Shown: piece after piece, positions 26,363 to 37,119 of the stretch
Numbering within the stretch: position 1 is the stretch's first letter
Layout of the letters: the number at the start of each line of letters is the position of its first letter
NCBI RefSeq assembly: GCF_963921235.1
Contig: NC_086118.1
Span: 26,104,001 to 26,168,000 of the forward strand
Source: Mobula hypostoma
Taxonomy: Eukaryota
DNA length: 64,000 bases
Direction of reading: 5' to 3'
Made by a program: the position numbers and the translations under genes
Notes under the pieces: generated by a model
What the model was told of the DNA's origin: nothing
What the model saw: only the letters and a program-made list of their open reading frames with translations
Database searches by the model: none

Positions 26363-27109
26363 TTTATATCAGCTCCTAAAGAAACCAAAGACAAAAAAGA
26401 ATTCCACTGGTACTCCAACCGAGAAAAACTGACTACAGTATTCAGGTTAGTGACCATAAAATAATAAAGGAGAATTACAGCAATCCAGATTTTAAAATCT
26501 TAGAGCCACTGCTGTGAGGCCTCAGTCTTCTGATTTGTCTTTCTCATTTTTTGAGTCCTTTAAAGAGCGTTTTTTTGTGTGGAGGAAAGGACGATATTTC
26601 CTTAATTTCATAATCTCAAGTAATTTTACTGAAGTCAGGAATTCCCATGTAACACTGAGAGCTAAAAACTGATGTCATGGTGTTGAGTATACTGTGTCAA
26701 GAAGAACATTACAACGATGTGTTGATTTCAACATTTTATACTTGGACAAGCCATACCGAAGAAACACAGGAAAGAAAGAATTGTTCCATCCTTGATCAAT
26801 AGATGCAGCCAATTCAAAGCAGGCAACTCTGATAAACAGGATGAGGACACTGAAACGTTTAAGATCTTAATTCCCTTTTCTTTAGTTAGAACCGATTTAT
26901 CAACTCTAATAAAAATGGCTGAGTGTGAGGATTATAAGAAACTGGAAACTGCAGAGGGTTTCACAAATCCAATCTTTTGCCAATGAATCATAAAATAGAT
27001 TCAAAGAACAATGCCAGGCCGACAGGTATAATTCAATTCAGTAGGACCACCCATGTCTTAGGAGCAAAGTAGCTAGTCGCATTTGTCTTTCTCCTAAACC
27101 CAACAATTA

Positions 27110-27650
27110 CACTCAGTGGCCACTTTATTAGGTACAATAGTGGATTCTGGTGTGATCTTCTGCTGCTGTAGCCCATCCACTTCAAGGTTCAATGTGCTGT
27201 GCATTCAGAGAAGCACTTCTGTACACCATTGTTGTAATGCATGGTTATTTGATTTACTGTCACCTTCCTGTCAGCTTGAAAAAGTCTGGCCATTCTCCTC
27301 TGACCTCTCTCATTAACAAGGTCTCTTCACCCACTCAATTGCCACTCACTGGATTTCTTTTGGGACCATTCTCTGTAAACTCTAAAGACTGTTGTGCATG
27401 AAAATCCCAGGAGATCAGCAGTTTTTGAGATACTCAAACCACCCTATCTGGCACCAACAATCTTTCCATGATCAAAGTCACTTAGATTGTATTTGTTCCC
27501 CATTCTGATGTTTGGTCTGAACAACAACTGAACTTCTTGACCATATCTCCATGAATTTATGCATTGAGTTGCTGTCAAGTGATTGGCTGATTAGATATTT
27601 GCATTATTGAGTAGTTATACAGATGTACCTAAAAAAGTGGCCACTGAATG
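27110..27650. mobile_element. Tc1/mariner-type non-autonomous DNA transposon
   Basis: TIRs cactcagtggccactttattaggtaca / tgtacctaaaaaagtggccactgaatg; TA at the left flank; two further copies at 35339 and 62080. Confidence 0.85.
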
Positions 27651-28569
27651 TTCTTTAACTTCAAATACTTGTCCTATTTCCTTTTGAAAACCACAGATGC
27701 ATCTGCATGCACAATACTTTCAGGAAGTGCATTCTAGATCATGATAATGCTTTGTTGTGTCTGGTCTAATCTTCTTCAGTGACCCTATGTGCAGAAATAA
27801 AGATGGAACTGAGGAAGTTACTGTCTGCTACTACTACATCATTAACTTGCCCTGAAACCTCCTAGTGTTTCACAGGGAACTGAAGAAGTGCTGAACTTTG
27901 AGAAACGTGAGTTTCTCTTAAACACACAATGGGAAGTAACATATTAACAGTATGTATAAAAGAAATCATGTTGCAAATACTAAACAAAGAAGATCCTTTA
28001 TAACCAGCTTTATGAAGATTTCCCCACTTTGCAAGGAAGCTGATAAAGTTTGGCAGAAGTTATTTAGTTTGATTAATGTGTTGCTCTCATATAATAGCCT
28101 TTCTCAAGGAGTGATCACTCTTTTTGACCATGAACATTGTGTTCAAAATTGCTGAATGTATACAGACCACTTTCTGAGGTTGTACACCACAGGTTCCTGC
28201 CTATTGTATGTTCACTCAGAGACAAGTACATTACCATCTAAGTGAAGATTCACTCCTACCTTTCAATATTAACTGATTATCAGGCCATACTTCTAGCATG
28301 CTCTTTTGACCACTATTTTAGTGGAATCAGTGGGCAATGTAATCTCATAAAAATACATTTACTATCAATGACATAATACTGCAAACAGAAGTTCTATGCT
28401 TGGATGTTCTAACTTCTTAAGTTATGTTTGTCCATTGACTTGTGGTCTTTGCAATAGTTGCACACTAATCACTCATTTTCTGAGGACTGAATTGGATTTT
28501 TCAAAGGGAAAGCTTAGCATTAAACTAACAGTTTCAAGGAGGTGCCTAAGACAACTTATAATATTTCAG

Positions 28570-28798
28570 CGCAAACACGAGGAAATCTGCAGATGCTGGA
28601 ATTTCAAGCAACACACATAAAAATTGCTGGTGAACGCAGCAGGCCAGGCAGCATCTCTAGGAAGAGGTACAGTCGACGTTTCGGGCTGAGACCCTTCGTC
28701 AGGACTAAGGAAGTGTCTCGGCCCGAAATGTCGACTGTACCTCTTCCTAGAGATGCTGCCTGGCCTGCTGCATTCACCAGCAACTTTTATGTGTGTTG
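28570..28798. mobile_element. Young PLE hairpin mini-element
   Basis: ~85-bp inverted arms of PLE terminus; perfect 15-bp TSD cttataatatttcag at 28555-28569 and 28799-28813. Confidence 0.9.
28670..28707 (-). ncRNA. Minimal type-I hammerhead ribozyme motif
   Basis: The minus strand reads TAGTC-CTGACGA-A-GGGT ctca GCCC-GAAA-C-GTC^-GACTG; all core nucleotides intact; stem I (T)AGTC/GACT(G). Confidence 0.8.
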
Positions 28799-28859
28799 CT
28801 TATAATATTTCAGTGGAGGTCTTTAAAATACAGTATATGGTGATACAAGAGAGTAGAAT

Positions 28860-29115
28860 CTGGAACTATGACTTTCTGTTAGATGAAGAAAGTGGTGAAT
28901 CTGTGGAATTCTTTGCCACAGACAGCTGTGGAGGTAAACTTTATGTATACTTCAGGCAGAGGCTGATAGATTCTTGATTGCTCAGGGCATGAAAGAATAT
29001 GGGGAGAAGGCAGGAGATTGGGGCTGAGAGGAAAATTAGATCAGCCATGATGAAATGGTGGAGCAGACACGATGGGCCAAATGACCTAATTCTGCTCTTA
29101 TGTCCTATGGTGTTA
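28860..29115 (+). mobile_element. CR1 LINE 3' end
   Basis: 'gtggtgaatctgtggaattctttgccacag..gatgggccaaatgacctaattctgct' 3' UTR. Confidence 0.8.
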
Positions 29116-31903
29116 AGAACTCGATGGGTTATGCGCCATATGCGGAACTAAACAAATTGTTGATGTTTTACATCAAAACTCTGCATGAAGACATCAACTC
29201 TGCACAAGTCCTGCAATCCAGTACTGAATGTATTGGAAGACTGATCATCCAGAGTTCTCTGAGGTACAGAATTCCAAAGATTTACATGCTCTGCATGAAG
29301 ATATTTTTCCTAATCACAGTCATAAATAGTGAACCCCTTATCTTAAACCCTTTTACACCCCCACCCCAAACCCCCAGTCTAGGCTTGCCAGCTTGAACTT
29401 CACAACATCTACCCTGCCAGTCCTTACATGAAGATTGTAACATAAAATAAAACAATAATATTGTCTGACTTTTCAAAGAGACTGATAAGTAGGTGGGTGA
29501 AGGCTGCTTCTTCAATAGTAGAGATGTTTTTTTGAGATAATTCCTTAGAAAATGTTAGTGAATAAGGCGATTTATATATGATGCCAATAAATGTTTAATT
29601 TCCCCTTGGAAACCACCTCCTTTCATGACCCTTGTAACAAACATTGGGTAGAATAGTAACTAAAATATTAGATGAATTACATTTATGAATTAAATAAAAT
29701 TCTTTCACCATATTAATTACTACTTGTCCTACATTTCATATTCCTGTTAATTTTAAATCAATCATTTCAAACTACAAGATAATTCGATATCATTTGGCAC
29801 AAAAGAAGCATTTTGAATTGTGCTGACTAGTGAAACTTTCTATAGCAACTGATCTCAACTGTTGTCAGAAACAGCTGACTCTGTGGCTTTTCACACTTAA
29901 TTCCTTTAGCACGAGCTCCATATGCAGAAGAAGAGCTTAATAAATCATCCTAACATACATCCTGAAATCATCTTGAAACTGCAGCTGCCGACTGATAGAA
30001 CCCACAGTGCCAAATTTTTGCTCAACCAATCAATTCATCTATATTCCTTTGCAGACTCTGCCCTAGAAATTGGACTTCAAATTCCTGTCCTTCAGATCTT
30101 ATGTGCTACAATTCTGATTTTACCTTAAGTGGATTATAATGGAGAACATTTCCAAGTTAAATTGCAACATCGATCAGATCTGGCTTTTCTCATTAACTTG
30201 CCTGATATTTTCTCAGCACCGATTACACTACTGATGATTACTTGCATCATGTACATCTCCACTGTACCAAAATAAATTGGGAGCAAGATGTTCCGTACTA
30301 CAGTCATCATTCAGAAATAATATAGCGTATTAATTTGTCACTAGTTTTGTTATATAAAGGAACATCATGTTCTCATTGGGATACATGACTGGGAACTTTC
30401 AAAACTAACCATAGGCTATTCTGATGGCTTCTCTACATGCAAAGAATATGCTAAAACAAAACAATTATTTTCTCTTCCATTTAGCCTCTGGGGCATTATT
30501 CCATGAGTGCCTCACTGAATATGCTACTGGAGCAGTCTGTTAGTGGAGATACTGTCTAATTCACCACTTCTCACACTGTCAAAGCTCAGGAGCTGCGACC
30601 ACCAAAATTAGAGCCAAGAGCAACACAGGTACGAGGAAAGTGTTTGAAGGTTTCACTGATATCCTCGAAATGAGATTTTGCTGTCTGCATCATTTCAGAA
30701 GTGCCCTGAAACCTGATCTACTTGAGGCAGAGCGGGAGATACAGGGAGAAGGAAAAGGCTATAGGGAAGTAACGTTTAAACTCTCAGAAGAGCACAGGAG
30801 ACAGGTGATATCTCTACAGGAGATAAAGGCCTTCCAAACTGAGAGGCAACTTTTATAAGCTACCAGTAAAATAAAATTTCTCATTGCAAACTGTGTTAAC
30901 CCCTCTTCATGCAAAGCTTATCACCAGCACAATCCATCAATATAGGCCAGGAGAGGTCAGATGACAGATCAAGTTCCCTCGCATTCTGCTGTGGAGGTCC
31001 ATTTGACTGAATTTTAAAAAACATTGAATAATATATCCTGCAGCATCTTCATACTTCCAGATGAATACTTAAAGGAATCAGACTTCCACATAAGACACGT
31101 TTTCTTCCCCACGCTACAGGTATAAAGAGTGTTTTACCAATTGTTTTAATATAGCTTTTGACATCATGGTTTTTAGCATTACTCCATTGTGTGGGGATTT
31201 TCACCACAGGTAGAAACTCTTGTCGCCACATCCTGCAGGACTTCTTATGGAGTGCGTACTAGGTCGCCTTAACACCTGCTGGACAGAATCGTTCTCTGGT
31301 TATTTATCTCATTAACCAGAACTTTAAAATCCCCTAAGGAACTTTTTTCCTCTACCTTACAGCCCCACCCAACCAAAGGGCGTAGCTACTGTGGAGTGGC
31401 GTGTCTAATCCCTGGATATTAAGGCATTGTTAGGAAGGTGGGTTTGCACTGGGACTTGCACTGGTTTTGTTTCATTACCTGTTGATATGTATAAATCATT
31501 TCAAACTGGATTTAGGCCAATATTGATAAATAATGTGGTGACCCAACTGGTCTTTAGCACTAAATATAGTCAAGTTTTAGCCATGGGAAATTGGTCCAGT
31601 TCTATTTGTAATCAATTGTATCCTCCTCACAATCACCTTTCCCACCTATCCTAGTCTCTCAGTAAAATTGAATGCAGAAGACTCAGTTCCTCCATCTAAA
31701 TTGCAAACAGTGAGGATCCAGTTTTGACTCCAATGGCAGACTATTAGTTACTGGGTGAAGAGATAGGTTTGTTGAGCTGGCAAAACTGGCTTGAGTCAGT
31801 AAGGGAAATTCTAAGATCATAGACATTGGTTCTGAATATAATATTAACAGTATGAGATCTGGAGGAGCAACAGATCTCAAATGTCTAAGGCTGCACATAC
31901 ATG

Positions 31904-32575
31904 TTAGATTAGATTAGATTATGAGGACACACAGTCCTCTTTTATTGTCATTTAGTAATGCATGCATTAAGGAATGATACAATGTTCCTCCAGAATGATA
32001 TCACAGAAACACAAGACAAACCAAGACTGAACAACTGACAAAAAACACATAATTATAATATATAGTTACAATGGTGCAAAGCAATAAAGTAATTTGATAA
32101 AGAACAGACCATGGGCACGGTAAAAAAGTCTCAAAGTCTCTCGAAAGTCCCATTATCTCAAGCAGATGGTAGAAGGAAGAAAAACTCTCCCTGCCATGAG
32201 CTTCCAGCGCCGCAAACTTGCCGATGCAGCACCCTGGAAGCACCCGACCACAGCCGACTCGAGTCCATCCGAAAACTTCGAGCCTCCGACCAGCCCTCCG
32301 ACACCGAGCATCGAGCACCATCTCTGCCGAGCGCTTTGACCCCTGCCCCAGCAACAGGCGATAGGCAAAGCCGAGGATTTGGGGCCTTCCCCTCCGGAGA
32401 TTCTGGATCGCACAGTAGCAGCGGCCGCGAAGCGGGCATTTCAGAAGTTTTTCCAGATGTTCCTCTGTGCTTCTCACGTCCGTCTCCATCAAATCAGGAT
32501 TGTGGATGGTACCTACCTACAAATACGGTATCATTTCAGAGCGGCCACACGCACTGCGTCATGTCGCCATCTTCT
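31904..32575 (-). mobile_element. Young CpG-rich non-autonomous retroposon (LINE-derived, no ORF)
   Basis: The minus strand starts aagatggcgac, has a GC/CpG-rich body, and ends aatgacaataaaa, hairpin gaggac-N5-gtcctc (31923-31939) and an (AATCT)n tail. Confidence 0.65.
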
Positions 32576-32589
32576 CCTCCCCTCTTTCT

Positions 32590-32808
32590 GGGGTGGCACG
32601 GTAGAGTAGCAGTTAGTGTAATGTTAATACAGCACTAACAACCTGGGTTCAATTCCACCGCTGGGTTTGCTTCAGATGCCCTGGTTTCCTTCCATATTCC
32701 AAAGATGTACACTTTAGTAGGTTAGTTGGTCACATGTGTGTAACTGGGCAGTGCAGGCTCTTTGGGCCAGAAGAGACAATTCCATGCTGGAGCTCCAAAT
32801 AAAATAAA
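32590..32808 (+). mobile_element. V-domain SINE (internally deleted)
   Basis: Head gggtggcacggtagagtagcagttag, B-box gggttcaattcc, V-core remnant. Confidence 0.75.
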
Positions 32809-33077
32809 AATGTCATTTAAACATAATGAAAAGGTTCAAAACTTCAGCCTCTATTTTGAGGAAGCTAGAGAACAAAACAAAAGGTGTTTAGTTCTGATCA
32901 TGCAGAGTTCTGATTCAGGCATTACACAAGGATGAATAAGGATGTATTGCCTTCAAGAAACATATGTTAAAAATCATCAGATTAATACCAAAGCATGTAA
33001 ATTCAAAGGACCTGGAGACATTTGAACAAAATAACACACAATGGAGCAATCACTCTACAGATCTAATTATACCTAGA

Positions 33078-34090
33078 GCTATAGAACACTACAGCACAGA
33101 AAACAGGCCATTCGGCCCTTCTAGTCTGTGCCGAAACTTTATTCCGCTAGTCCCATTGACCAGCTCCCAGCCCATAACCCTCCAGACCTCTCCCATCCAT
33201 GTATCTATCCGATTTATTCTTAAAACTTAAGAGTGAGCCCGTATTTACCACATCAGATGGCAGCTTGTTCCACACTCCCACCACTTTCTGAGGGAAGAAG
33301 TTCCCACTAAACCTTTCCCCTTTCACCCTAAAGCCATGTCCTCTTATACTTACCTCTCTTAATCTAAGTGGAAAGAGCCTACTCACATTTACTCTGCCTA
33401 TACCACTCATAATTTTGTAAACAAAATAGGTGCTGCCTGGCCTGCTGAGTTCCTCCAGTATCTTCTGTGTGTTGCTTTGATTAATTCCCTGCATTTTTGG
33501 GAGCTATTGGTGAATAGGAGCTGCTTGATAGCACCATTAATGACATTGTCAATCACTTTGCTAATAACAGACATTGGGTAGTAATTAATTAAGTAGGATT
33601 TATCTTGCATTTTGTGAACAGGATATTATTAAACAATTGTCTGCATTGATAGGTATTGTTATAACAATGGCTAGAGGTGCAATTAGTTCTGGAGCACAGG
33701 TTCTTCATCTAGACTAGGATGTTGCCTCATTACCTTGAAAGATTAGCATTTCACCAGTAGCTTGTGAAAATTCCATAGAGAAGCACAGCACAAAAACAGG
33801 CCCTGTGGCCATTTTAGTCCATGTTGAAACCATTTAAGCTACCTACTCCCACTGACCTGCCCCGGGACCATAGCCCTCCATATCCCTACTATCTGTGTAA
33901 CTATCCAAACTTCTCTTAAACATTGAAATTGAGCTCCCATGCATCACTTGTGCTGCAAGCTCATTCCACACTCTCACAACCCTCTGAGTGAAGAAGTTTC
34001 TCTTCATGTTCCCCTTCAACATTTCACCTTTCACTCTTAACCTATGACCTCTAGTTGAAGTCCCACCAAATCTCAGTGGGAAAAAAAAAC
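33078..34090 (-). mobile_element. Two CR1 3'-end fragments (33078-33422 and 33775-34090), with a PLE tail at ~33430-33495
   Basis: GHGFRVKGE..FFPQKVVGVWNKLP and FFTQRVVRVWNEL motifs. Confidence 0.8.
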
Positions 34091-35338
34091 TCACTGTTCT
34101 TGTATGATCTTTACATGTGTAGTATCATCACTACATTTCCAACAGCAAAAAAAAGAAAATCAGGTGCACAATTTATGCCAATGAATAAGTTGCTTCCACT
34201 TCTGTTAGGAAAGCATTTATCTTGGATTACCATACACTCAGCTTTTCCCAATAAGAATTGAACAAATAATGAAAAAGAAAAACAAGTTTTGAAACAGAAT
34301 TGGAAAACACTGGGAAAACTCAGCAGGCCAGGAAGCGTTAGTGGAAAGAGGCAGTTAAGTGTGTGTGTGTGTGTGTGTGTGCGCATGTCCCTTTATCAAA
34401 CTCAAGCAAATAACCTTTCTAAAGACTGAAGACAGTGAGGGAAAAAATCTTGCACAAAAATACTCCTATGTATATGTAACAACATAAACCAGATAAACCA
34501 GAACAGATGAAAGTAAAGATTATATCTCCTTGGTTGCAAGGACAGATAATTGAACTATGCCATAAAACCCTGTCATGTGAATCTGGAAAATGGACTGGTG
34601 GCATGACAAGTACCATTGCAGCCCACCCAAAAATGAAATTGTCGGATAGAGAGAAACCTTTGATACTTTCTTAACAAAGCTGTAAATATTTGCAGATTTT
34701 TGAAGAATATTCTCTTCTAATATGTGTATATTTGTATATCTATGTACTCGTCACGCTACTGTGACACTGTAATTTCTTTTGGGATCAATAAAATATCTAT
34801 CTATCTATTTGGAAATTTGCAAGATTTGCCTATCGGAGGCAAGACTCTTTGTGGAATCCTAAAGTTTATCGGAGGATATGACTAACACATAATACAGAAT
34901 TACATCTGGAAATCTCATCCAGCTATGCAAAGCTGTGGAACTATTCAAAGCCAGACAAAAATAGTGGTTGGCCAATAGTAGGAAGTGCACACGATGAAGT
35001 GTGAGATAAAAGGCAAAACAGGGAAAGCACTACCAAAACATTTTAAAAGTCGCAAGCCCTGTGGGCAACAACGTGCAAGACTGAAAAAGACACCTATGGA
35101 CTATAGATGTCAACAGTTGAGTTTATTGTCATCTGCACAAGTCCAACCCTATCATATTAATGCATCTTATTTGGAATAACACTGTGATGGTGTACCTTGG
35201 TCGGTTTTGTGGTATTTTGCACAAGATCAGAATTAGCATCAATGCTACCTGCAGTGACAGTTTGATTCACCAAATTTTGAAAGATGCTATATTAGCAATG
35301 AAGCAAGATTTGGAGGATAGGCATTAACATTAAACGTA

Positions 35339-36921
35339 CACTAAGTATATTAGGCACAGGAGTGGAAGTCAGTGTGGTCTTCTGCTGCTTCAAGGTTCAA
35401 TGTGTTGTGCATTTAGAGATGTTCTGCACACTACTGTTGTAACATATGGTTGTTTGAGTTATTGTCACCTTCCTTCCTGTCAACTTGAAGTTTTCCTCTC
35501 AGTTGAACCACTCTGGCCATTAACCTCTAACTCTCTCATTAACAAGGAGTTTTCATCCAAAGAACTGCTGCTCACTGTGTGTTATTTTTTGTTCTTTTGC
35601 ACCATTCTCAGTAAACTTTAGACACTGCTGTGCACAAAAATCCCAGGAAATCAGTAGTTTCTGAGATACAAAAATCACCCTATCTGGCACGAACTATGAT
35701 TCCATGATCAAAATCGCTTAGATCAAATTACGTCTCCATTCTGTTGCTTGGTCTGAACAACAACTGAACTGCTTCTTCTTCTTCTTCTATTTCCGGCTGT
35801 TTAGACGCATCTAGGCGTATTACAGCCCTCCGCAGGATATATAATTAATTATAGAACTTCAAGGAACTCAAATTCTCGAATACAACCTAGTCTCACATAT
35901 AAACTGAATGATAGACTCTTCAATCAGATGTTGATTCTCTTGATGACCAAACAAAGATTTAATAGAAAACCAAAATAAATTTAAGCCAGATAGCCTCTTG
36001 AACAACATGCTTCTTTCAATTTTGTATCGATTACAGCTCATCAAAACATGCTGGACTGTCTCTGGACTACCACAGTCACATAATCCAGTAGGATGTTTTC
36101 CTAATATCTTTAAATAATAGTTTAGTCCAAAATGCCCTAAGCTGAGTCTTGTTAATTTCACCATATCTCTATGACTTAAAAGGTAACAGTCTGAGACCTT
36201 TTTAACCTGTGGCTGACTAGAAAAATAATGCCTGCCCCTTAATTCATTTTTCCAATCTTCCTGCCACTTCTTCTCTGTACCTTTTTTAATCCTGCTTCTC
36301 AATTCTGCTCTGCCTAGGGGAACTCTAATTTCTACTTGCCTGCTCTGTAAGGAAGACTTTGCAATGCCAACCACAATTTCATTTCCCTTCACCCCAGCAT
36401 GCCCAGGTATCCATGAAATTCTAACTGCACAACCCATCTTCCCCACTCTGAACAACATTAAGAGAATCTCAATAACTATGTCAGGACGAGCTTTTGATTT
36501 ATTCCCTTTTATAGCCTCCAAGGCAGTAGCAGAATCCGAATAGATGTTAACCCTACGTAGTCAAGAGTCTTCCGTCCACCATAAGGCCCAGAGGATTGCT
36601 AATAATTCTGTTGCAAAGATAGAAACACCATCTGAAACCCAGTGACCAATCTTAACTCCAAGTTGAGACACATACATCCCAAATCCTGCCCTGCTGCTCT
36701 CTGGGCCCACTGAGCCATCAGTAAAAATCTTCAGATACGATCCCCATTTATTATTTAGATATTCATTTGTGATCAACACTGATGAAATTGCACTGCTACT
36801 GAACTGCTTCACCTGGTCTGCATGCTTTTATGTATTGAGTTGCTGCCATATGATTGGCTGATTAGTTATTTGCATTAACAAGCAACTGTACAGGTATTTC
36901 TAATAAAGCAGCCACTGAATG
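35339..36921. mobile_element. Tc1-type MITE copy interrupted by a LINE
   Basis: Sequence colinear with 27110-27650 on both sides of the 35776-36797 insert. Confidence 0.8.
35776..36797 (-). mobile_element. 5'-truncated I/Nimb-type LINE with RNase H domain and C-terminal zinc knuckle
   Basis: IFTDGS..AGFG, ELLAILWAL, IYSDS, WIPGHAGVKGNE (RNase HI motifs); CDCGSPETVQHVLMSC; (GAA)n tail; 13-bp TSD actgaactgcttc at 35763-35775 and 36798-36810. Confidence 0.9.
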
Positions 36922-37119
36922 AACAAAACAGCACAGGAACAAGCCCATCAGCTCATGATGTCTGTGCACACCATGACGACAACCTAACTAATCTCATCTA
37001 CCTGCACATGGCCTGTATTCCCTCTTTGTTCGAGTATCTGTCTAAAGACCTCTTAAGATTTGTTATCATACCTGCTTACACCACCTTCACTGGCTGTTCA
37101 TTCAATGCTGTGATTTTAA

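Noticed and set aside
32001..32638. Long overlapping ORFs (163 and 175 aa)
   Set aside because: Stop-poor because of high GC in a retroposon; no recognisable domain.
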